DNA from: Catajapyx aquilonaris
Taxonomy: Eukaryota
Length of the DNA stretch: 64,000 bases
Assembly (NCBI GenBank): GCA_000934665.2
Contig: KZ538365.1
Location: 1 to 64,000 of the forward strand
Direction of reading: 5' to 3'
The notes beneath the pieces were generated by a model. That model searched no databases and was not told the origin of the DNA. It saw only the letters and a list, made by a program, of their open reading frames with translations. The position numbers and the translations under genes are program-made. Below are positions 60,701 through 64,000 of the stretch, one piece after another (the stretch's first letter is position 1; the number at the start of each line of letters is the position of its first letter).

Positions 60701-61767
60701 CGTGATGTCATACCTTTCGCGCCCAGGGTGCGTGAATATTTGTGGCGGAAGATGTGAGTGGAATGGACGAATTCCTTGAGCTGCATAACTGCGTGCCGTG
60801 ATATTTACACGAGTCGTTGGCCCTTCGTGCAGAAAACTATTGAATGAATGACCGTGACGTATTTGGGGTATAGCGAAAAAGTCACGGCTTTGGCTGCCGG
60901 GATGCCAAGGACGGTGAAGAGTTGTGTGGGTCGTTAAAGAGACGTGTTGATTACATGCTTGCTGCTGTGATTGAAAAGGTCATTCCCCAATTATAACTGA
61001 TCCCGAGCTTTCGTGTGCCGGCCGACATGGAGAGTAGAGTCTGACGGGATGCTCCGAAGGAATTTTTGAGAGAAAGTTTTGTAGGGCAAAAGTCAGCGAA
61101 ACACAGCAGATTGTTTGTGCATATTTCGGTTCCAAGTTAGTCACTAGACTGCTATTGTTAGTTCAGCAACGTTCCATACAATCTTATCGATTCGTAGAAA
61201 AACCACTTGGAAGGCCAGTCCGTCTCATCCACTCCAGATAATGAATCTATCCCACTGATGTTTCTAGTGTCTACAGTAATTAGTTTCGCAGTCCTCGACA
61301 CTGCATTATCAGCTAGAGTAATTGCTTCCAAATGGGTCGGGCAGCCCCCCGCGTTGTACCGGCCTTATTGGATCCTGTTCTGGCGCGTGCCAGGGGCCAA
61401 TTAACACCGCCAGCCCATTTGATCGGCCAAGAGACACGTGGAAGCTGCCTCTGATAACGATTGTTTCCAATAGGAACTTGGTGGCAAGTTGAAGGAGCGT
61501 GAACGACTAGTGGACGAGCTTCGCAACTCGGCGTCCACCTTGACTGCCCAGTGTGCTCCCGAGGTACGTGAGGAAGTGGAGGCTGCCGTTGGATCAGCTG
61601 CTCGGGCTTGGCATGCCACGTGCGATACTCTCAACTCCTTGCGGGACAAGTACCGGAAGGCTCTGGGACTTTGGGACACCTTCAGAGACGACTGCCAGGG
61701 TGTTCGGGCTTGGACTGAGGAGAAGATTGAGGCCGTTGCTCACATGTCATGCCCTGGAGATATCAAG
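600..61767 (+). CDS. Msp300: Msp300 / nesprin-1-like giant spectrin-repeat protein, internal part of a multi-exon gene (5' and 3' ends outside window)
   Basis: 52 exons join in frame via AG/GT (one GC) boundaries. The product is tandem spectrin repeats (W..Y......WL...E helix-A signature) followed by giant low-complexity exons, the architecture of insect Msp300. Recognised from memory, not by search. Confidence 0.85.
1397..1471 (+). CDS. Msp300: Candidate cassette exon (DCVKIVESRTRMVQEFVSLAYHLEQ)
   Basis: tttgtttgttcatag| acceptor, CAA|gtaaga donor, 75 nt, phase 0-0, no stop. Confidence 0.5.
1715..1867 (+). CDS. Msp300: Msp300 exon w2
   Basis: tttcag|TCA...AAG|gtagac, 153 nt. Confidence 0.9.
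1921..2090. mobile_element. Degenerate pogo/Tigger-like MITE
   Basis: TA-cagtgaaacctgtctac ... gtagacagattttgcta-TA imperfect terminal inverted repeats. Confidence 0.5.
2239..2877 (+). CDS. Msp300: Msp300 exon w3
   Basis: caacag|GAA...CAG|gttagt, 639 nt. Confidence 0.92.
2906..3295. mobile_element. pogo/Tigger-type MITE with transposase 3' remnant
   Basis: TIRs cagtggagcatcgattat...tccga / tcggataatcgatgctccactg, TA on both sides; minus strand 3151-3210 reads KKRLSALKQKKIHVLDFFS*. Confidence 0.8.
4107..4271 (+). CDS. Msp300: Msp300 exon w4 (KYVERYEAIVSDH...LERLK), absent from ORF track
   Basis: ccatag|AAA...AAG|gtatga, 165 nt. Confidence 0.9.
4683..4706. other. Assembly gap (24 N) within a poly-G tract
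   Basis: N run flanked by G runs; single Ns also at 5480 and 27983 in poly-C. Confidence 0.95.
5542..5702 (+). CDS. Msp300: Msp300 exon w5 (NLQLSLPEEQ...LLSAL)
   Basis: ttcag|AAT...GA|gtaagt, phase 0-2. Confidence 0.9.
5757..5919 (+). CDS. Msp300: Msp300 exon w6
   Basis: ttatag|A TCT...AAG|gtacag, phase 2-0. Confidence 0.9.
6263..6751 (+). CDS. Msp300: Msp300 exon w7
   Basis: aaacag|ATA...AAA|gtaagt, 489 nt. Confidence 0.92.
6991..7299 (+). CDS. Msp300: Msp300 exon w8
   Basis: ttttcag|ACC...AAG|gtaggt, 309 nt. Confidence 0.92.
7888..8055 (+). CDS. Msp300: Msp300 exon w9
   Basis: tttacag|AAA...ACA|gtaagg, 168 nt. Confidence 0.9.
8114..8267 (+). CDS. Msp300: Msp300 exon w10
   Basis: ttccag|ACA...AAG G|gtgagt, phase 0-1. 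Confidence 0.9.
8331..8506 (+). CDS. Msp300: Msp300 exon w11
   Basis: aaacag|AA ATT...CGG|gtaaga, phase 1-0. Confidence 0.88.
9296..10144. mobile_element. Helitron-related non-autonomous element (DINE-1/Lep1/HINE-like)
   Basis: Starts actagcaggttacccggctttgcccagg; ends with a (CA)-rich tract then ...tttatagatatgtagat, the end pattern of insect Helitron-associated elements; no TSD. Confidence 0.55.
10270..10596 (+). CDS. Msp300: Msp300 exon w12
   Basis: tggcag|GAA...CAG|gtgtgt, 327 nt. Confidence 0.9.
10680..10905 (-). mobile_element. SINE family A, 5'-degenerate copy
   Basis: Reverse complement aligns with 17537-17823 (gtcacc...ccgcttttcacccgacatg...cctaaaagggc); (CAAAA)n tail. Confidence 0.8.
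11265..11807 (+). CDS. Msp300: Msp300 exon w13
   Basis: tttttag|GAG...CAG|gttagc, 543 nt. Confidence 0.92.
11987..12426. mobile_element. Fully palindromic Tc1/mariner-type MITE (~440 bp)
   Basis: Arms of about 210 bp are reverse complements meeting near 12209; ends cagg(t/g)tggatccg ... cggatccaccctg-TA. Confidence 0.85.
12738..13178. mobile_element. Helitron-related non-autonomous element
   Basis: Starts actaggaaaaccctcgctcg; subterminal hairpin gcaggcctagaaa/tttctaggcctgc; ends ttttaatattatagat. Confidence 0.5.
13645..13767 (+). CDS. Msp300: Msp300 exon w14
   Basis: ttgcag|TCA...AAG|gtacaa, 123 nt. Confidence 0.9.
13829..13977 (+). CDS. Msp300: Msp300 exon w15 (VLQSEQEEGQ...EFDTY)
   Basis: ttacag|GTC...TC|gtaagt, phase 0-2. 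Confidence 0.9.
14038..14401 (+). CDS. Msp300: Msp300 exon w16
   Basis: tttacag|A GAC...CAG|gtaaag, phase 2-0. Confidence 0.9.
14461..14633 (+). CDS. Msp300: Msp300 exon w17 (EHQQHNTLFQ...GQNKL)
   Basis: ttctag|GAA...AG|gtcagt, phase 0-2. Confidence 0.9.
14697..14871 (+). CDS. Msp300: Msp300 exon w18
   Basis: ctctag|A TAT...AAG|gtatgc, phase 2-0. Confidence 0.9.
14931..15194 (+). CDS. Msp300: Msp300 exon w19
   Basis: ttattag|ACC...AAG|gtcagt, 264 nt. Confidence 0.9.
15704..16489 (+). CDS. Msp300: Msp300 exon w20
   Basis: ttttcag|GTG...AAG|gtaaag, 786 nt. Confidence 0.93.
17120..17227. repeat. 108-bp hairpin (48-bp arms, 4 mismatches, 12-nt loop), probably a tiny MITE
   Basis: ggtggaattttcatcccactg...cagtacca / tggtactg...cagtgggacgaaaattccacc. 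Confidence 0.85.
17325..17507 (+). CDS. Msp300: Msp300 exon w21 (followed by GC-AG intron)
   Basis: ttttcag|TTG...GAG|gcatgt; only this donor keeps frame with the next exon. Confidence 0.85.
17537..17823 (+). mobile_element. tRNA-derived SINE family A, full length
   Basis: A box tggtctggtgg, B box ggttcaaatcc, A-rich (TAAA) tail, 13-bp TSD ttatta(c/t)cttcca at 17524-17536 and 17824-17836. Confidence 0.88.
17864..18007 (+). CDS. Msp300: Msp300 exon w22 (NAVSRWEEY...IERYK)
   Basis: ctacag|AAT...AAG|gtatgg, 144 nt. Confidence 0.9.
18570..18890 (+). CDS. Msp300: Msp300 exon w23
   Basis: tttgcag|CAC...GAG|gtgagt, 321 nt. Confidence 0.92.
19079..19258 (+). CDS. Msp300: Msp300 exon w24 (ALLDEIKQYQ...AVQIK)
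   Basis: acttag|GCA...AAG|gtcagc, 180 nt. Confidence 0.9.
19571..19729 (+). CDS. Msp300: Msp300 exon w25
   Basis: ttttag|AAG...CAG|gtatta, 159 nt. Confidence 0.9.
19789..19962 (+). CDS. Msp300: Msp300 exon w26
   Basis: tggtag|GGC...CAG|gtaatg, 174 nt. Confidence 0.88.
20401..20971. mobile_element. Degenerate Tigger-like MITE
   Basis: agtagcccctgttttacga ... tcataaaacagggactact inverted ends. Confidence 0.5.
21513..21611 (+). CDS. Msp300: Candidate cassette exon (ELPEESSQHRLRLLLKMVEESQAFATLEALTSK)
   Basis: ccacag|GAA...AAG|gtaaac, 99 nt, phase 0-0, no stop. Confidence 0.6.
21678..21983 (+). CDS. Msp300: Msp300 exon w27
   Basis: tgttag|GTC...GAA|gtgagt, 306 nt. Confidence 0.9.
22516..22854 (+). 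CDS. Msp300: Msp300 exon w28
   Basis: ttgcag|GTG...CAG|gttagt, 339 nt. Confidence 0.9.
23270..23752 (+). CDS. Msp300: Msp300 exon w29
   Basis: ttccag|GTT...AAG|gtgagg, 483 nt. Confidence 0.92.
23929..24213. mobile_element. TA-flanked MITE with ~130-bp inverted arms
   Basis: TA-caatgctggaca...atcgaagtgatagagtgcgagcc / ggctcgcactctatcacttcgat...tgtctaacactg-TA. Confidence 0.8.
24932..25055 (+). CDS. Msp300: Msp300 exon w30 (KIEAEAENFY...KKILD)
   Basis: gtgcag|AAA...GAT G|gtttgt, phase 0-1. Confidence 0.88.
25125..25324 (+). CDS. Msp300: Msp300 exon w31
   Basis: ttttag|AA TTA...AAG|gtgagt, phase 1-0. Confidence 0.9.
25579..26523 (+). CDS. Msp300: Msp300 exon w32
   Basis: ttttcag|TAT...AAG|gtaaga, 945 nt. 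Confidence 0.93.
27155..27463 (+). CDS. Msp300: Msp300 exon w33
   Basis: ttttcag|ACT...AAG|gtatgt, 309 nt. Confidence 0.92.
27625..29245. mobile_element. Foldback-like palindromic element (~1.6 kb) with internally repeated arms
   Basis: Arms are reverse complements centred near 28545; a ~320-bp subunit recurs within arms (gaccatctcatagag at 28937 and 29260); true ends uncertain. Confidence 0.8.
27912..28143. mobile_element. hAT (Buster/Charlie-type) MITE nested in the foldback element
   Basis: TIR cagtggtttccaacct / aggttggaaaccactg; 8-bp TSD ctctatga at 27904-27911 and 28144-28151 (nnnTAnnn). Confidence 0.9.
29586..29921 (+). CDS. Msp300: Msp300 exon w34
   Basis: ctccag|AAT...GAG|gtgagt, 336 nt. 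Confidence 0.92.
30091..30344. mobile_element. MITE with ~30-bp TIRs in TA-rich context
   Basis: gtcggccggccatcaaaacctcgtaactcc ... ggagttacgaggttttgatcgccggccgac. Confidence 0.8.
30560..30905 (+). mobile_element. tRNA-derived SINE family B, full length
   Basis: A box tggccgtgatgg, B box ggttcgatccc, (TA) tail, perfect 17-bp TSD atagtagaacatatcgc at 30543-30559 and 30906-30922. Confidence 0.9.
32041..32223 (+). CDS. Msp300: Msp300 exon w35
   Basis: attcag|AAG...GAG|gtgagt, 183 nt. Confidence 0.9.
32287..32409 (+). CDS. Msp300: Msp300 exon w36 (EFEAKWQMFE...KQALK)
   Basis: tggcag|GAA...AAG|gtgtgt, 123 nt. Confidence 0.88.
32471..32625 (+). CDS. Msp300: Msp300 exon w37
   Basis: ttgcag|GAA...AG|gtatgt, phase 0-2. 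Confidence 0.9.
33621..33795 (+). CDS. Msp300: Msp300 exon w38
   Basis: ttttag|G CTT...GAG|gtacaa, phase 2-0. Confidence 0.9.
33860..33973 (+). CDS. Msp300: Msp300 exon w39 (VLKSKVDSSV...DIVQE)
   Basis: ttttcag|GTA...GAG|gtaaag, 114 nt. Confidence 0.88.
34029..34403 (+). CDS. Msp300: Msp300 exon w40
   Basis: tttgcag|TTG...CAG|gtatac, 375 nt. Confidence 0.9.
34465..34611 (+). CDS. Msp300: Msp300 exon w41 (ISSSLDSWQN...CQDYL)
   Basis: tttcag|ATA...TTG|gtaggt, 147 nt. Confidence 0.88.
34668..34826 (+). CDS. Msp300: Msp300 exon w42
   Basis: tcttag|AAT...AGG|gtaagt, 159 nt. Confidence 0.9.
34889..35101 (+). CDS. Msp300: Msp300 exon w43
   Basis: cctcag|AAT...CAG|gtaaga, 213 nt. Confidence 0.9.
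35171..35320 (+). CDS. Msp300: Msp300 exon w44
   Basis: ctgcag|TTG...CAG|gtaatc, 150 nt. Confidence 0.9.
35392..35502 (+). CDS. Msp300: Msp300 exon w45 (last shared exon before the isoform fork)
   Basis: acacag|GAA...AAT|gtaagt, 111 nt. Confidence 0.9.
35716..35808 (+). CDS. Msp300: Weak candidate second alternative terminal exon (DAIGNILMKIRILEMRSG...HLI*)
   Basis: ctgacag| acceptor in phase 0; hydrophobic spacing matches exon 36105; polypyrimidine tract is poor. Confidence 0.3.
   Translation, partial: DAIGNILMKIRILEMRSGSVVISSRCFHLI
36105..36215 (+). CDS. Msp300: Alternative terminal exon, KASH-less isoform (ACRERIKGIQTRITALNERVKLLMQQGTPELELLDS*)
   Basis: Long pyrimidine tract then catcag|GCC, phase 0, amphipathic helix, in-frame TAG 36213-36215. 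Confidence 0.8.
   Translation, partial: ACRERIKGIQTRITALNERVKLLMQQGTPELELLDS
36550..36599 (+). terminator. Candidate polyadenylation signals for the short isoform
   Basis: AATAAA at 36550-36555 and 36594-36599, 335-385 nt after the TAG; the hexamer is common in AT-rich DNA. Confidence 0.4.
38208..45227 (+). CDS. Msp300: Giant exon 1 (7020 nt, 2340 aa), disordered E/K/P/S-rich region
   Basis: ctcacag|GCT ... AAC AAG|gttggc within ORF 38196-45245; phase 0-0; donor is weak, and read-through stops at 45243-45245. Confidence 0.85.
46797..46907 (+). CDS. Msp300: Msp300 exon (ESAGSELRNLQDSLQDIIQRL...LATLR), absent from ORF track
   Basis: gtgtag|GAA...CGA|gtaagt, 111 nt, heptad pattern. Confidence 0.75.
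48149..48322 (+). CDS. Msp300: Msp300 exon (IIVDNLATFD...QRGIE)
   Basis: tttcag|ATT...GAA|gtaagt, 174 nt. Confidence 0.85.
48462..48626 (+). CDS. Msp300: Msp300 exon (AYLKEREKRH...IQSTQ)
   Basis: ccttag|GCG...CAG|gtaata, 165 nt. Confidence 0.85.
49015..49200 (+). CDS. Msp300: Msp300 exon (SVLNELGTRE...LQDLQ)
   Basis: ccacag|AGC...CAG|gtaaga, 186 nt. Confidence 0.85.
50443..50627. mobile_element. Tc1/mariner-type MITE
   Basis: cagggtgtccacaatgaac...tagtttcaa / ttgaaactag...gttcattgtggacaccctg-TA. Confidence 0.8.
50900..51545. mobile_element. Young non-autonomous DNA transposon with ~145-bp near-identical TIRs
   Basis: caagggaagtgtctgtagggcc...ggcaaac / gtttgcc...ggccctacagacacttcccttg; TAA on both sides. 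Confidence 0.88.
51281..51352 (-). pseudogene. tRNA-Met(CAT)-like degenerate sequence inside the transposon
   Basis: Minus strand GTCTTCGTGGCTCAGTCGGTAGCGCGTCCGCGTCATGATCTGAAGTCTCCGCATTCAAGTCCGCGGGAAGCG followed by T7; good A box, degenerate B box and stems. Confidence 0.6.
52325..59767 (+). CDS. Msp300: Giant exon 2 (7443 nt, 2481 aa): disordered region, 54-aa repeats, then spectrin repeats
   Basis: tttacag|AAT ... CTA GAG|gtatgt within ORF 52205-59866; phase 0-0. Confidence 0.9.
55200..56420 (+). repeat. Coding tandem repeat, 162-nt / 54-aa period, 8 copies (last partial)
   Basis: [ED]TK[IV]G codons begin at 55253, 55415, 55577, 55739, 55901, 56063, 56225, 56387. Confidence 0.95.
61474..61767 (+). 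CDS. Msp300: Msp300 exon (ELGGKLKERE...PGDIK), last exon found in window
   Basis: caatag|GAA...AAG|gtagga, 294 nt, spectrin repeat. Confidence 0.88.
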
Positions 61768-64000
61768 GTAGGATAAGTTTGGATTGCTCTTTCCGTGGCT
61801 TCTTAGGGTTGATTAGACAGTCTGACCTGCGATGCACTCGTGTGCCATTTGAAAATAATGTTGCTCAAGTGGTTGCATCAGCATTCGGCAAAATTTCATG
61901 CAGCATACGGATGGTTCACCGGAGAAAAAAAAACTTGAAATTAGGCAAAATTCGTAAGAGATTGCGCACTTCCTGCTTTACTGAAATGTCAAGTTCATTT
62001 CCCTGGATTATGACTGCGCTGATAAGACAAGTTGCACAAAAGAAGACCGACTCATACCTTCACACCCATAGAGGAATCACCCTAGACTGACTTTCGTCTT
62101 GCATGTTGTTCATCCAGGCCCTGTAGTGTACGCAGGGCACTTTTTATTACACTTTCAATTCTGCCGTAGCTATACAGTTACTAGAGAATGCGGAATTTAC
62201 GATCTTTGTCTTTTGCCATTCGTTTTGTTACGGCAAAGCACCAACCAACGCGCGATAAGGCAGTGTTTGCAACATAGGTCGTAGATTTCAAGGTGAAGAC
62301 CGTATCAGCTTCTTGCATCGTTAGGTTGGAAGGGGGAAAAAATTAAGCCCCCAAGAAATGTGTAAGAAATTTCCGGACGTAAAAGAAGTACACAAGGGCG
62401 GAGTCTAGGCGGGAATTACATCAACACCATTAGTGTAGCGTTGCCCCCGGCGAAATCATATGAACGAGGCTGAATTGTTCTTATAAGCCGAACAAGTCCA
62501 CTTACTAATAAGCTGAAAACTTCAAAAATGGAGTTAGTATCGAGTGATATATACTTGTTTGTAAGCATGATATAGATGACTTGAGAAACTACAACTAATA
62601 GGTTATAAAGAGGAAAGGTCGCACGCAACTGTCGACTACGATCGGAATATTGGCATATCAGAGAACTGACCCCCCTTACCCACAGGTCCTTCTGTGTATA
62701 AATTTAAATATTAACGGTGTAGGGGGAATATAGAAGGCGACCTTCGACAGAGGTTAGGTCATCGAGCAAGTCAAGAAGGAACTGCGACTCGAGACCGAGT
62801 TGTTCCGCACTAAATATAGAGGTGATGTCGGTAGCTGCATGTTTTGCCTCCTTCACCTGTTTGCATAATGTTGGTTGCAGCCGCAGGACAAGGAGGTGTC
62901 TGTGACTACCGGAGTACTTTGCAACGTTTTTTTTTTTTTTCACGATGACTTTCAAATCGGTAAACCGCATATTTAAAGAGCGGGGGTAACCTGCTGATTA
63001 CCTGGGCGCAGGCGCAGGCAGGTACTGTACAGTACATTACCGGCAAGTTGCGTAACACGTGTATTCCCATCTGGGCTGCGGCAGGAAACGAGCTATAGAA
63101 TTGTGCGGAGCATATCTGCAGTTGCCAGCTGTACTGCCTCGATAGAGGATCCCTTACTTGGATATGCGAACTGTGTCTGAATGGATGTAGTGCAAAGTGT
63201 TCGTTTCAATATGGGTGCTGTGTATCGGGACACTCAGGAAAAACGGCAGAAATCGGTGAGACTTTTTTTCAAAGGCATGTTTTGTAACTGCTGCGTGAAG
63301 TGAATATTTAAGCGTGTGTACTGGTGTCGCAATCTCAAAGTGGCGTAAGTTGTGTGGTAGGCGTATAAGGGAAAAAATAGTCGTGACGATAACGCTCAAC
63401 GTTGATACGCGCGCAAATTGTATTTGCTATTAAATTAACCTTAGAGATAGCGTCACCCGTCCGAGTGAACAACATGATGTCATGTTTGTTGACAAATAGT
63501 GATGTCCTACTCAATGCCGGTATTTAGCCAGTAAAAGTGACGGGTGCTGGGAGTGCATGACCGGAACTTGACATCACACTGGTGACTTTTCGGGAACCTT
63601 GAGTAATAAGTTATGGCCAAGACGTGACGCGATACAGGTGAAAGGCATGCTTCCGAGACGGTGCTACGGAGGTGAATATAATCGAAATGCCAAAAATAGT
63701 TCAAGGCGATTAGGTCGAGGAGAACTGCAAGAAATGAGGATATGTCTGTCCCATCCCACTTTCATTCATTCGTTCATTGATTCATTCAGCCGTGATCTGA
63801 CAGAATATGATTTCTCACATGCGCGCTACGTGTCACTGTACCATTGCATGCTGGTACCTTGACGCAGCGGGAACCTGATAGTATATGTGAATAGGAATAG
63901 GCAGGCATGTGTCGACGAATTTATGAGTCAACTCGCAAGCCATTGCATATAGTACTGCACCTGTGGTTCCTTTCGAAGCTGAGATTTCTAATGGCCATGT

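Noticed and set aside
59900..64000. CpG-rich intronic DNA as an internal promoter for short KASH isoforms
   Set aside because: No identifiable first exon or core promoter; CpG level resembles the rest of the 3' half

Overview
Eukaryotic (arthropod, probably insect) genomic DNA. The whole window lies inside one very large plus-strand, intron-rich gene encoding a giant spectrin-repeat protein, which I recognise as Msp300/nesprin-1 (SYNE1-like). The N-terminal CH domains and C-terminal KASH domain are outside the window. By hand I linked 52 exons in frame from 600 to 61767; one intron needs a GC donor. After 45 small and medium spectrin-repeat exons the gene forks. One route is a short stop-containing terminal exon (36105-36215) giving a KASH-less isoform. 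The other continues through two giant phase-0 exons (7020 and 7443 nt) that encode largely disordered E/K/P-rich sequence, with an 8-copy 54-aa tandem repeat and several repeated short motifs. CpG content shifts sharply near this fork, from depleted upstream to normal downstream. Introns carry tRNA-derived SINEs with TSDs, Tc1/pogo-, hAT- and Helitron-like non-autonomous elements, long palindromes and nested insertions. No prokaryotic features (operons, CRISPR) are present. All coordinates and counts are by eye; no searches were run.
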